The translations under genes and the position numbers were made by a program. The notes beneath the pieces were generated by a model. That model did no database searches, had not been told where the DNA came from, and was given only the letters and a program-made list of their open reading frames with translations. A stretch of DNA of 64,000 nt from Longimicrobiales bacterium (GTDB lineage Bacteria > Gemmatimonadota > Gemmatimonadetes > Longimicrobiales > Gaopeijiaceae), in NCBI GenBank assembly GCA_965203485.1, contig OZ241892.1, positions 3,040,001 to 3,104,000 of the forward strand, written 5' to 3'. Positions 41,601-51,485 of this stretch are shown piece after piece (the stretch's first letter is position 1; every line of letters begins with the position of its first letter).

Positions 41601-42036
41601 GGATGCCCGACTCCACATCGATCTTGTCGAAGCACAGCGTCGCCGGATGCGCCGCCGGAAGGTCGTGCCCCACGTGCTCGCGAAATTCGTGAACGGCGGG
41701 CAAGTCCGGCAGTCCGCCGGGCTGGCGGAAGAGATGGTAGAGGGTGATGAGCGTGTGCGTCTTGCCGCCCCCGTAGGTCAGCTCGAGCTGCCGCACCGCC
41801 TTGTCGCTCTGCCCCGCGAGCCGCCCGGCCACGTCGCGCACCAAGTCTCGAAGCGCATGGGTCGCATAGGTCAGTCCGAAGAAGCGTTCCGGGTCCTCGT
41901 AGACCGGGCGCGTGCCCCGCCCCAGAGTCACTTCGTGCAGGTCGGCGGCGAACTGCGCCATCGACAGTTCGCCCGTGCGAAGCTCTTCCTTCAGCCGAAC
42001 GACTTCGTGCCAGGGCTTGAGGCGGGACTTCGTCAC
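38677..42036 (-). CDS. DUF499-family AAA+ ATPase
   Basis: LKPWHEVV, FAADL, FFGLTY, YGGGKTH, ILADE, FPFHP, FQRTRGILR; GTG 42036. Confidence 0.9.
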   Translation of the reverse strand: MTKSRLKPWHEVVRLKEELRTGELSMAQFAADLHEVTLGRGTRPVYEDPERFFGLTYATHALRDLVRDVAGRLAGQSDKAVRQLELTYGGGKTHTLITLYHLFRQPGGLPDLPAVHEFREHVGHDLPAAHPATLCFDKIDVESGIQSVAGPDGATRDLLHPWSVLAYQLDGDDGLRAIHADGEAQERLTPPAEPLLAKLVAKPQERGLSTLILADEVLMYARAKAGLDRAWGDRIRDFFQHLTQAVVKVDRAAMVVSLLATDPIKQSDDLGKAIMADLFDVVRRQKEEGVEPVQKKDVAEVLRRRFFEAEAIRDPDAYRSHVIGVVRNLAKVQETTDRSRAADEDHFLRHFPFHPKLTDVFYTCWTQLDGFQRTRGILRTLATALREAEKWGDACPLVGPAALLADAGEPGLSEAMRDLAGVATTEPGEGRKVDWAPLLLKELEKARDMQNEIPALAPGREVEQAVVAVFLHSQPVGHKIQTQPLRRMIGAGAPDVIEVDKGLERWREVSWFLDDEDVDGARGELPKDWRLGNRPNLRQMHDDACKNRVTAEAVDRYVDGKVRKAKWLIEGASAAGVKVHRMPASPDDVADDLTFRYVVLGAAAVSESGKPGKVARSFLETKGKDRPRVHRNALVVAGPSRDGLRAVQGEVRALLGWEEVMDQLAGHKVDAVRDQRLRRQIDAAQTRVSETLRAAWCIVTTYGRDGEVHAFKLAAPVRPLFVEIKNDARSRIQETAVDARALAPGGPYDLWRDDEDARFVTDLAGAFARNPRLPKALNAELLFDTVMQGVQDGLFVARLKLPDGNVRTWWRESVESGSRTESSLEVVLPQHAELHRLPPELLAPGKLPGLWPGAESAESGGAAAFLPVADGACLTMARLAEYFAGGCEAAFEADAGEEPAIIPKVAGALLREAASGAVQLGLIWLVSGPASAWREAVAEGMLDDGARLLPPPPPVSPHDLTEDSVPGAWRDGRTNGAALTRALGLKRKCNLPWQLLVRGIKESVQNRWLSLLPNSGPVDCSWTEAGAVLLERPSMAAPGDDVPSGVPQLPFEPSAPAAVALDTDQVQELGERVPELLKASPTARLRFRVQVAADGELDAAEKTQVNDVLAQVAKGLLVD

Positions 42037-42083
42037 GTGGCGGTTTCCGTTTAGGGGGAGAGGCGGGCGGCGTCGGGCGGATT

Positions 42084-45000
42084 CTACCAGAGGGTCCCCT
42101 GCGAAGCAACGGATCCTTCGCGAACGACGCCCCGCGACTGCTCCTGGCGAAGGTGGTTCTGGATGGATTCCAGCAACGCGCGCTCCTCCGTGCCTTCGCC
42201 GGCCAGCTCGATCACCGCCTGGACGACCCGCGCGAACAGCTCGTGGCTCCACAGCCCTCTCCGCTCCAAGTACGCATCGACCTTGGACCGCTCGCCCGTC
42301 TGCCACAACTGCATGACCTTGTGCACGCAATCGACGAGCGGCGGCATTTGCCCGTCCCGGCCCTTCTCGCCCAGGTCGTTGGGCTTGCGGCGATGCCACG
42401 GCTTGATGCGAATCGTGCTTCCCGATGCGGGCGCGGCATCCTCGGCGCCGTCGGGGTTGGCGCTGCGGCCGCCCTTGGCGAGCAGGTCGAGGCGTCCCGT
42501 CAGCTCCGAGTCCGGCACGTCGCACGACAGAGCGTAGAGGATGCAGGCCCCGGCCGGAGCGGGCTCCAGTCCGAAGTCGTTGCGGTGGAGCAGATAGTAC
42601 GTCGTCGGATCGTCCAGCTCGTCGTCGGCCCCGCCTTCGCGCTTCAGCAGGCGATTGACGACGAACCCCACGACCATGCGCCGCACCCGGCGAAGAAACT
42701 CGTCGCTCGTCAGTCGTTCGTTCGGCTTGTTGGCCTTCCTGACGAAGGGATGCTTGCTGAAGGCTTCCAAGGCCGGCCCGGTCGCCGCCCACACGAAGTC
42801 CGGCCCGCGAATGCCCGCGACCCAGAAATCGCCAAGCCGCTTGGTGATCTTCTCCTCCATTTCGTCGAGCACCTGCTCGTCCCAGCCCGCCTTGGTCCCG
42901 GCTGGCCGCTTTCGGCAGACGATCCAGATGGAGGCGGACAGCGCGGCGGAGGCCATGGAGCGCTGGCGGGTCTGCATCTCGGTCTGGATGGGCCAGGAAG
43001 CGGTCACCGCGAAGCCCGCGCGAATCAGGGCCGACACCAGGGTCTCCCAAGCGTCGGGCGACTTGTTGGCGAATACGACGACGAGGCGGCCGTTGTCGCG
43101 AAGCGCGCCGTAGAAGCGCTTGAAGGCGCGGAACATGCCGTCTTCGTAGTTCTGCTTGGACGCTTGGCGGTCGCCTCCGAAGCGGCTGGCGTCGTCGATG
43201 AGTTCGCCGTCGTTGGCCTCGGCGTCCCATTTGGGACCGAGCGGCGCAGAGAACACTTCGTCGATCTCGGGCGACAGTCCGTGGAGGACGCGCCGAAGCC
43301 AGACGTGGAAGAAGTCCATCAGGTCGGAGTAGGGGATCGCGTCGTAGTACGGCGGGTCGGTGCAGATGACGTCGAAGTCTTCGGATGCTTGGAGGTCGAT
43401 GGCGCTCCCGCACCTGATCTTGGGCGGCGGAGCGTCAGCGACCGCGCCCGCCGTTCGCTCGACATAGCGGGCGACCCATTCCGTCATTGCCGTGAAGCCG
43501 CCGGTTCGTTGCGACAGCGGGTTGACTTCGCAGAAGTCCCAGACCATGGGAAGGGCGAAGCGGGCGAAGGTTTGGCGTAGTGCTTCGTTGCCGTTTTTCC
43601 ATGAGCATATCGAGCTACTGTAATCCGTGAACTTGCTCAGCACAAGAGACAAGTACGCGACAATCGCTTCCTGCCATTCGTCGGGATAGTTGAACTCGGC
43701 CAACTCCGATCGGCAACGGCGGATTTCTTGGATGATGGTCCTCAAAGCGAGTAGTTGCCGGTTGGTGAAGAGGCTGTGCCAAGTCGTGAAGCCGTATCGC
43801 GTCGTCCGTATGCCCAGGCTACCCTCGTCGGGCGTCGGATCATCCGGAAGACCAAACGGCACGTCGGCGTACAGCCTCTTGATCTCCTCCTCCGTCGCCG
43901 ACGCCGCCCGCACTTCCTCGTCCGTGGGGAGCCGATACTCCTTGCCTCGCTGGCCATCCACAACCACCGCTGTCAAGCGCGCGCCTAGTCGTCCGCCACG
44001 CCCTTCGCGGCGCAACTCGGCCATCGGCATCACGGCATGGCATGTGGGACACGTCACGCCGGTCCGGCTCATCGTGCCCCCGCCCATTTGTCTCTCGTAT
44101 TCCCGTCGCGCCACTGCACTGTCCCCACCCTTCGGTACGCCGACTTCGACGTTGAACACAACCCCCTTTCCATCCGAGTTCGCTTCCATTGCAAGCCGCA
44201 CCCGCTTCTTCCCTTTCCTGCACAGCCACCGCGTCTTCAGCAAAGGGATCTCGGTTCGACAGTCACCGCATCGAACCGTTCGCGCCCACAAGTACGCCAC
44301 GACCGGCTTCGCAATCCACCTCGGGTTGGTCCGGTCCTGCATGTACTTCGCGTCAAACGCAACATTAAGCTCTACGACAGAGACGCTCCCGTCTTCGTCC
44401 GGCTCCAGCAACCGTCCTTTCCTCTTGAACTCTTCGGAACCGTTGCCGCTTCCGTCGGTGTTGCCTTCGTCGCCTCCCTCTTCGTCCCCGACTCGGCTAC
44501 GGCCCGACGAATCCACCGTTTGCACCGGCGAGTGCGCCGTCGTGGCCCGGCGCCTCCCCTTCTCCTCCACCGGCTCAAAGTCCGCGTAGGTCGGATACCG
44601 GCTCGCCAATCTCCGGCGCACCCGCATCAGCACCAATCGACTCCAAGCCCGAAGATGCCAAGCGAAGTCGGCCTCTTCGACCACCGACCGCGATCTCAAT
44701 GCCGCCGGAACGGTCTCAACGGCATCCTTCCCCCCATGTCCCAGCCACGCGAGTTCCCGCCGCAGGGCCTTTTCCTTCATGCCTCTTGCCTTCAAAAACG
44801 CCGTGACAAAACCCCGATCCCGCAACGCAAACCCAGGAAGCCCCCGCTTCTGCCCAGCCACCAAGCGCGGATAGTGCAACGAGCACCGCAGGAGAAACCA
44901 TGCCACCGGGCTCAAGTCGGAAGCCATCACCTCGCACCCAAGCCGCATCCCTTCCAACGGGATCGCGCCCCCACCAGCAAACGGATCCAGCACCCGCGGC

Positions 45001-45377
45001 ACCTCCCCCTCAAACGCCGCCCGCAATTCCTCCCTTAGCTCCGCAAACGCCGGCCCGTCCTCCCGGCCCCACCGAAACACGCCCCCGACGGTGTACGCCT
45101 TGCCGTTATCACCGTCCTGATCTGCCGGAACTACCTCACCGCCCATCTTCTCCACAAGCCGCCGCCGAGAAGCACTCGTCCCCGGATCCGGCAACAAGGC
45201 CGTCAACAACGCCGCCCGACTGGCCGCCAAAGGCCGCCTCGCCGGCCAGATGTGCAATGTGGAGAGGTGACCGTGCCGGACGTGCTTTTCGTGCACCGCA
45301 TCCACCGAAACCGATCGTATGGGAAACACCACCTCGCCAACTCGCGTTCCGACCACTGTTATCCCTACTGGCGTCAT
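42084..45377 (-). CDS. DUF1156-family adenine DNA methyltransferase
   Basis: LHIWPARRPLAASRA, LDPFAGGGAIPLE, TDPPYYD, zinc-finger cysteines. Confidence 0.92.
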   Translation of the reverse strand: MTPVGITVVGTRVGEVVFPIRSVSVDAVHEKHVRHGHLSTLHIWPARRPLAASRAALLTALLPDPGTSASRRRLVEKMGGEVVPADQDGDNGKAYTVGGVFRWGREDGPAFAELREELRAAFEGEVPRVLDPFAGGGAIPLEGMRLGCEVMASDLSPVAWFLLRCSLHYPRLVAGQKRGLPGFALRDRGFVTAFLKARGMKEKALRRELAWLGHGGKDAVETVPAALRSRSVVEEADFAWHLRAWSRLVLMRVRRRLASRYPTYADFEPVEEKGRRRATTAHSPVQTVDSSGRSRVGDEEGGDEGNTDGSGNGSEEFKRKGRLLEPDEDGSVSVVELNVAFDAKYMQDRTNPRWIAKPVVAYLWARTVRCGDCRTEIPLLKTRWLCRKGKKRVRLAMEANSDGKGVVFNVEVGVPKGGDSAVARREYERQMGGGTMSRTGVTCPTCHAVMPMAELRREGRGGRLGARLTAVVVDGQRGKEYRLPTDEEVRAASATEEEIKRLYADVPFGLPDDPTPDEGSLGIRTTRYGFTTWHSLFTNRQLLALRTIIQEIRRCRSELAEFNYPDEWQEAIVAYLSLVLSKFTDYSSSICSWKNGNEALRQTFARFALPMVWDFCEVNPLSQRTGGFTAMTEWVARYVERTAGAVADAPPPKIRCGSAIDLQASEDFDVICTDPPYYDAIPYSDLMDFFHVWLRRVLHGLSPEIDEVFSAPLGPKWDAEANDGELIDDASRFGGDRQASKQNYEDGMFRAFKRFYGALRDNGRLVVVFANKSPDAWETLVSALIRAGFAVTASWPIQTEMQTRQRSMASAALSASIWIVCRKRPAGTKAGWDEQVLDEMEEKITKRLGDFWVAGIRGPDFVWAATGPALEAFSKHPFVRKANKPNERLTSDEFLRRVRRMVVGFVVNRLLKREGGADDELDDPTTYYLLHRNDFGLEPAPAGACILYALSCDVPDSELTGRLDLLAKGGRSANPDGAEDAAPASGSTIRIKPWHRRKPNDLGEKGRDGQMPPLVDCVHKVMQLWQTGERSKVDAYLERRGLWSHELFARVVQAVIELAGEGTEERALLESIQNHLRQEQSRGVVREGSVASQGTLW

Positions 45378-47846
45378 CTATTCTTCCTCCGCTACTTTCT
45401 TTTCAGAGCTAAATCCCTTTCCAACCAGTGACTTCTGCGCATGAGTGACAACGACTTCTGGTGATTGTCGAAGATATATCTCATTTGCCGTCAGATTCAA
45501 AGACATCCGTCCAGCCGCCAGCGTTTCAAGCGCTGTCAACCGACGTTGAAATTCTTCAAAATTCATTTGGCCTTTCCACTGTCCCTGTTGAAACACCGAT
45601 CGATATGGCACCGGTTCGTTTTCCGCCTCTGATCCTTGTCGTCGCCAAATTTCTTCGAGCACCGCTTGGTAGTCGAAATCTTTCAACGGATTAGCAAGCT
45701 TACTAATGCGTTCCATCTTCTCTTCGGGCGATTCTATGGCAAACAATACGTCTTGCAACAACGGCAACGAATATCCAAAATCTACAACGGCCGCATGCAA
45801 TTTCGCAATCGCATCTGTCTCCATTATCGATACGCCGCCAATTTCGCGGCATTCTCCTATGATGGCCACGTCATCACTTATTTTTCTGTTAAATCCGCTA
45901 AATCGTCGCGCAACTATAACTGCATGACTCGCACCGACATCATTCCGATGACGTACTACCTGACTAACGCCTGCGGTCTTGTTGTCAATGGCATTTTTCG
46001 ATCCTTTCGCTTCAATTATGAATCTGTAGCTCTCAATGCCGATCGTTGCGAGCACGAGAATATCTTTTCTGCCAGAACCGCCATCAACACTTGTTCGAAA
46101 TCCCATCTTTTCAAACACTTTCGATACCGCTCGTTCGAAGTTGTGGCCTCCGACGTATGACATTCGCTCCATTTCTTCCACAATACCGGGTATCTCATTG
46201 TGGACACTCGCCAATTGTCGAAAAAGCCCATCGCGCCACGCCATGACGTTTTCTACATATTCGGAAGACATGCCAATATCATACAGATATCCTTCAAACA
46301 ACGTCTCCGATACCGCAAATAGTTCCAACGTTCTCAATAGCTTGCGTCCGGTTTTTGATTGTCCGACAAAATCTTGTACAGCTTCATAATATGGATGCGT
46401 CGTGTTAACATAAAACGCTCCATCCGTCGTGGCCAATTCTGATATATTCCTGTCTCTTCCTAATGGTCGCCGATCAATTCTCGCACTTGCAAAATCGAAT
46501 ACATTTTGGATTTCCAGTGGCATCTTTAAAAGCAAGGCGTTCAGTGGCGATCTATAGTACATGCGAGAGGAAACCGGCAATCGCGAGATCGTACTGGTCG
46601 ACTCCTCGCGCACTTCATCCCTTTCCTCTACTGCGATCCTAGTGATTCCCATCAACGTTCGTTGCAATTCTTGTAACTCATCTATGGACAATGCATCTTG
46701 CCGAAGCCGTTGTCGGTCTGCAAGAAGATCAATGTCAAGTCGATCTGCATGAATAACAAATTGCGATCTATAAAACGTTTGATACGATGGCTCCGCGACA
46801 TATAATTTATCGTCATCTGGGTTTATCAAGCGGCCACGTACCATGAGAAAGAATCCATGACTACGGCCGTTTTCAGCGGCTCGATACTTCAAAAGTGAAT
46901 CGTCGAACATGCGTATTTGACCCCAGATTCGCCCAAGATGCCCAAAATCAACATAGTGTACAGCTTGATCTGGTTGCGCCGGATTCAGATCAATCTTCTT
47001 TCCGAACGTTGGATTGGGAAGATCAAGCTTTCGCCAACGATTCTTAATGGCGTCAACAACGATTTCTGAACCAAGAGTCCAAACAAGCTGGGCCTGCTTC
47101 GCAAGTTTACTGCGTACTTCTTCTTCGTTAACTCTCACCATAAAATCGGGCCGCAAAGGCATTCCGTTACCGAGTATCCACATCAGACGACCTACTGGTA
47201 AGTCGTCATTTCGTAGATTTTCTACGACAGCCAACGTCCACGTCTCGGCGTCAAACATTTCCTGAATCGACGGTGGCGGATTATCGAATAGTTCATGGAC
47301 AACTCGAAGAGCAACTTCTTTGTTTAGATAATACACCGGTTCCTCAATTGGACGGGTCGGCGAAATAGATTCAGAGTTTCCAGGAACCCTTTTCGCGGGA
47401 TCAATCTTATCGTAATCAACTGTGATCAAGTAGTATTTGTTGTTATGTTTACACAGATGGCTGATCGACTTGCCGAGTGCATAAGATGCGAGTTTGCCGA
47501 TTCCGAATTTACCTATGATTTGACGTTTTTTGTTCTTTCGCTCAATAATACGGTTGCCATTGTTCTTCGGGCTATTAGCGATCAACCACAGCTGTTTCAA
47601 TCCGTCCACACTCATTGAGTTACCGTTATCCCACACCAAGACCTTGTCAGATGTATACGGACCGGGTGTATAAACTCGAACACTTTCGGCAAAAGCATCG
47701 AATCCGTTAACGACTAATTCTTCTACAGCTTTGTAAGGTGATTCATACAGGAATCGCGAAAAATGTTCGATGATGCGATTGTCGACGGCAAGAACGACTT
47801 TGTCAATTTTCGAACCAATGTTTTGACCTTGTTCCTTTAGCAACAT
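45378..47846 (-). CDS. GHKL (MORC/HATPase-like) ATPase fused to a C-terminal Mrr-like PD-(D/E)XK nuclease
   Basis: EELVVNGFDA, DNGNSM, GKFGIGK; C-terminal FE.AV..VF..MGF...KDIL...IEAK; low GC. Confidence 0.82.
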   Translation of the reverse strand: MLLKEQGQNIGSKIDKVVLAVDNRIIEHFSRFLYESPYKAVEELVVNGFDAFAESVRVYTPGPYTSDKVLVWDNGNSMSVDGLKQLWLIANSPKNNGNRIIERKNKKRQIIGKFGIGKLASYALGKSISHLCKHNNKYYLITVDYDKIDPAKRVPGNSESISPTRPIEEPVYYLNKEVALRVVHELFDNPPPSIQEMFDAETWTLAVVENLRNDDLPVGRLMWILGNGMPLRPDFMVRVNEEEVRSKLAKQAQLVWTLGSEIVVDAIKNRWRKLDLPNPTFGKKIDLNPAQPDQAVHYVDFGHLGRIWGQIRMFDDSLLKYRAAENGRSHGFFLMVRGRLINPDDDKLYVAEPSYQTFYRSQFVIHADRLDIDLLADRQRLRQDALSIDELQELQRTLMGITRIAVEERDEVREESTSTISRLPVSSRMYYRSPLNALLLKMPLEIQNVFDFASARIDRRPLGRDRNISELATTDGAFYVNTTHPYYEAVQDFVGQSKTGRKLLRTLELFAVSETLFEGYLYDIGMSSEYVENVMAWRDGLFRQLASVHNEIPGIVEEMERMSYVGGHNFERAVSKVFEKMGFRTSVDGGSGRKDILVLATIGIESYRFIIEAKGSKNAIDNKTAGVSQVVRHRNDVGASHAVIVARRFSGFNRKISDDVAIIGECREIGGVSIMETDAIAKLHAAVVDFGYSLPLLQDVLFAIESPEEKMERISKLANPLKDFDYQAVLEEIWRRQGSEAENEPVPYRSVFQQGQWKGQMNFEEFQRRLTALETLAAGRMSLNLTANEIYLRQSPEVVVTHAQKSLVGKGFSSEKKVAEEE

Positions 47847-47861
47847 AGTGATCTATCCCTT

Positions 47862-49220
47862 CTAATACTGTTGAGGTTCGGTTGTGGCGTAGCTTTTCGT
47901 GCAACCAAATCCACCTTGGCTGGCGGACAGCGCACGATATGCCATGCGACATCGAGTGTCGCCCAGAGGAAGTAGCTGGTTAGATTTCTTTCTTTGCAAC
48001 AATGTCGCCAACACATTGCCGTGACACTCGGTAAACCGAGGGGGCACCGCCTCCCCGATCATCGCACGGAGTTCGGTCACGCCACGCTTCTCCAGTGCAT
48101 CGCCCCAGATAAAATCTTCTGGTATAGTTTGGAGAAGTGCACACTCTAACGGACTAAAGACCCGGTTCTCGAACGGATGAATCGTATGACTCCCGCCAAT
48201 GCGACCCGATGCTGTCGTGATAGTCGCTGCTGGCCTTTGGGGGTCCATTCGTTTATAGCTACCACGGCGAAATCCCTTGACAAGGCGCGGACGGCTCCCC
48301 TCAAATACGATCGGCCGAGGAAGCGGGGCACAACAGATTGGACAGACAGCGGCATCCTCGGACGGTGAAACCTCGCCACATGAAACGCACCGCGTTGTGT
48401 CCCAAGCACTGGCGCCGGTGCCGGCGGGAACCATAGAGACCATCCTGTATTGCCGTGGCGACCACGCTGGTACGAAGTGGAGAGCGCGAGTTGAATCGGT
48501 GCATGTAGAGGGCAACCGGGCATCGAGAGGAGGAAGGCCGAAGGTCGCTAGCGCGGTAGCCAGGGTGACGTGGCGACCACCATGATCACGGGCGTGTGTA
48601 GGAATCGGATATGGCACGACGGCATCGGTATCTAGGATTGATGTCAGCCCAGATGTCCGGTGGACAAACGTTAGAAATGTTCTTACGCGCCTCTGGGGAA
48701 TGCCATAATCGGCCAGATCTGTAACAAGAGGATAGACGGTGTACCATCTCGAAAGCAAGCGAACCAGCAACATGGCGGCCGAAATGCCAGTTCCGCCCCG
48801 AATTGTTCCTACCTGCCGACGCAAGAAGGCAGTGACATTCTCAACGACGATGAGTCGCGGCTGGAGTCTAGCCGCCACACGGGCGATTGGAAGGACCAGT
48901 AGATTACGCGTATCCCTAGCTCCCGTACTGGGGTCTGCTTCCAAACCTCGATCGGAACGGGCGGTGCTCAAGCCTTGGCACGGCGGGCAGGCGGCGAGGA
49001 GATCTGGCTGGGCATGTCCATGACGGGCACGCCATGCGTCAACGACCGGATACCAAGTCCGCCTTAGATCGCCGACAACTCCGTGAGCGCCAGCATGGTT
49101 CCGTATAGCGACATCGAGTCGGCTGGATATCGATTCGGCCATTATCTCGAACTGGAAGCCTGCCGTTGCAAAGCCAATATCTCCTGCACCACAATTGGAG
49201 AATAGGCTAACAGCCTTCAT
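47862..49220 (-). CDS. C5-cytosine DNA methyltransferase
   Basis: SLFSNCGAG, PPCQ, ENV, Q.R.R, R..S..E.A.LQ, GEAVPP. Confidence 0.92.
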   Translation of the reverse strand: MKAVSLFSNCGAGDIGFATAGFQFEIMAESISSRLDVAIRNHAGAHGVVGDLRRTWYPVVDAWRARHGHAQPDLLAACPPCQGLSTARSDRGLEADPSTGARDTRNLLVLPIARVAARLQPRLIVVENVTAFLRRQVGTIRGGTGISAAMLLVRLLSRWYTVYPLVTDLADYGIPQRRVRTFLTFVHRTSGLTSILDTDAVVPYPIPTHARDHGGRHVTLATALATFGLPPLDARLPSTCTDSTRALHFVPAWSPRQYRMVSMVPAGTGASAWDTTRCVSCGEVSPSEDAAVCPICCAPLPRPIVFEGSRPRLVKGFRRGSYKRMDPQRPAATITTASGRIGGSHTIHPFENRVFSPLECALLQTIPEDFIWGDALEKRGVTELRAMIGEAVPPRFTECHGNVLATLLQRKKSNQLLPLGDTRCRMAYRALSASQGGFGCTKSYATTEPQQY

Positions 49221-49379
49221 GCTACATCTTCTCCCGGCGGACACTGGCGGCACGGAGATGGCTTGTTGCGATTCCGCCGAGTCGATCTCCACGCCATGGC
49301 GCCACTAACCAGCCCATTTGAGTCGCCAATCGATCCTTGATCAATAGGCGTCCGGCAGATATCGACAAGTCTTGTGATA

Positions 49380-49560
49380 AAATGCCCTTCAGCCTCACCG
49401 TCTCTTGCGTTGTCAGCCACTGGTTTCGGGGATTGACCTCCACTGCCACAGACTCCAACGCCGTCACGCCCAATGGTTCCGAGTTCGAGTCTACGAAGAC
49501 GATCAGCCCGGTCGTGAACTCGTCCATGAACGTGATCCGGATACCGCCGATGTCCATTGT
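49380..49560 (-). pseudogene. C-terminal fragment of a clan AA aspartic-protease-like small gene
   Basis: EPLGVTALESVAVEVNPRNQ.L...VRLKG resembles the C-terminus of that family. Confidence 0.4.
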
Positions 49561-49654
49561 CCGGCGGCGGTGGCGGCGGCTTGGACAGGTGAGCAGCCTT
49601 GGGGTCTTGCCGCCAGTTCTTGGCGGCAGATTCGGTACGGATCTGGCCCCTTGT

Positions 49655-49944
49655 TTCCACGGCCGCCTCCAGAGTGTCCTTAGCCGAAGTCGTATACCGG
49701 ATGCTGATCCTCTTGCCTGCGACAACGTACGGAACGGATCGCGCACGCGGAAGGAGGCGGCGATTCGGCATCGCGCAGTCCAGGAGAACGTACAGCCAGT
49801 ACTCGTCGCCGAGATGGTTGGCCCGGCTCCATTCGTTGGTCTCCATCTGCACATCGCCTCCGGTCGGCCAGCCCTTGACCTCAATGTGATGGCAACTCTC
49901 GCCAGGGCGGTCGGACACTAAGGCGAAACCGGGCCAACCGGGGA
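49655..49944 (-). pseudogene. Degenerate duplicate of the helicase 3' end (DUF3883-like domain)
   Basis: Collinear with 51520-51808 (WPGF, HIEVKG, NEW..ANHLGDEYWLYV.LDC), with frameshifts. Confidence 0.85.
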
Positions 49945-50020
49945 AGGCGACGACGCGAAGTTCCGCACAACGAGCCTTGGTAAGCCGTTTGGTTGACATG
50001 AACGTTCTCCGTGGCCCCGG

Positions 50021-51367
50021 CTAAAGCCGCTTCCGACACATGCGCAATCGTTCGACAATCTCCCTACAGTGACTGTCCTTCAACGACACGGAATCGACCA
50101 CTTCCGCCAATTGCCGATAGTCCGCGAGCAGTGGTTCGTACGGGATTACGACCGGAACGTGCGGGCTGTCAATGGCCTCCAAGTCGTCCGTTGTCCAAAA
50201 ATCCTCTCCGTATTCGGGATCGGCATAATATCTCTCCGAAAACAGGTCGCGAGAGCGAGTTAGAAACGCATCCGCCGATGCCTTGTACTGTTGCTGTTGT
50301 CGGGGAATCATGGCTGCAACCCAAATGCACTCCGATTGAGATCGCGGATTCGATTCCTGCAATCGCTGACGACCCAGCCGGTCAAGCAACAGTTCCGTGC
50401 CATGCCAGCTCGACTCTGCCAGTGCGCCGAACAACACGTTTATGTGACAGAATCCGCCGGTCAAAAACCCGCTCACCTCGCCGAGTCCCGCTCGCGAATC
50501 GATCAATATCCAGCTTGGCTCCAGCTCTTCCCGAACGTGGTGCATGAGGGCGACTAGCGCATGGTCGCGACCGTCGAGCGGATTGGCGTAGTCGACTCGG
50601 GCCAGCTTGTGGATGAAATCCGGGCCAAGCGTGCCGGCCGGGAACACCAGTATCTCTCTGTCGTTGCCGGAATCGCGGATCGCAGACCTATGGTAGTACT
50701 CGTCGAGCTTGGGTACCATGCCTTTGGCTTCCAGCACGGGTTGCTCCAGCAAGTAGTCGACTATGCCGTGGGGTGCGATGGCGCCGTCAAGGTCCACAAG
50801 CAACGAACCGACCCCGGGGGCGTCGAGGTCGGCGTCGATCACCACGACGCGCTCCCCGCTGGCCGCGAGACGCAAGGCAGTGGCGGCAAGAGCGGTCGAA
50901 CGGCCGACCCCTCCTTTGAACGAATAGAACAAGGCAATCGCACATTCGTCCTGCCCGCCCGGCCACGGCGGCTCGGCCGGCGCGTCGAACCACGCCGCCT
51001 TTGATCTGTGTCGCTTGAGGACACGGAGGCGATCGTCGGCATCGGTCACGCCGCTCGCCCGTTCCCACGCACGATTCTGCCAAGCAACGTCAGGATGCTC
51101 GCGATCCTCGGCCTGGATGACGCCCTGGGACCAGTACGGCCCACCGGCATCGGCCATTACGCGGTGGACTTCCTTGCGACCCGACGCCCAATCTCCCTTG
51201 GGACACCACAAGATCACCCGCAACCGCCCCGTGACATCGGCGATCAGGACGGCGCGCCAAGCACCCGGTTTGCCGAGCAGAAACTGCGAGAGGCCGGACT
51301 TCGCCTCTCTCCATGCGTCGTCGAAGTGGAACGCTGATTCACGCATGGCCACGGCCTTGTCGCTCAT
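50021..51367 (-). CDS. ParA/MinD-like ATPase, KGGVGR-motif variant
   Basis: FYSFKGGVGRST, IDADLDAPG, LIDSRAG. Confidence 0.88.
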   Translation of the reverse strand: MSDKAVAMRESAFHFDDAWREAKSGLSQFLLGKPGAWRAVLIADVTGRLRVILWCPKGDWASGRKEVHRVMADAGGPYWSQGVIQAEDREHPDVAWQNRAWERASGVTDADDRLRVLKRHRSKAAWFDAPAEPPWPGGQDECAIALFYSFKGGVGRSTALAATALRLAASGERVVVIDADLDAPGVGSLLVDLDGAIAPHGIVDYLLEQPVLEAKGMVPKLDEYYHRSAIRDSGNDREILVFPAGTLGPDFIHKLARVDYANPLDGRDHALVALMHHVREELEPSWILIDSRAGLGEVSGFLTGGFCHINVLFGALAESSWHGTELLLDRLGRQRLQESNPRSQSECIWVAAMIPRQQQQYKASADAFLTRSRDLFSERYYADPEYGEDFWTTDDLEAIDSPHVPVVIPYEPLLADYRQLAEVVDSVSLKDSHCREIVERLRMCRKRL

Positions 51368-51485
51368 CCGATCAATCCGTCCATGCTGAGCTCGCCGATG
51401 ACGAGGGTATGGATCGCGGTTGCTTCGCGGAGCCAGGGAGCAGTCGTCCGTCGCGGCACCAGTCATAAGCCATGAACGACGCCCA

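Noticed and set aside
42037..43413. Long N-terminal extension of the DUF499 ORF
   Set aside because: Off-frame overlap with the DUF1156 gene; the family N-terminus (LKPW) begins at GTG 42036
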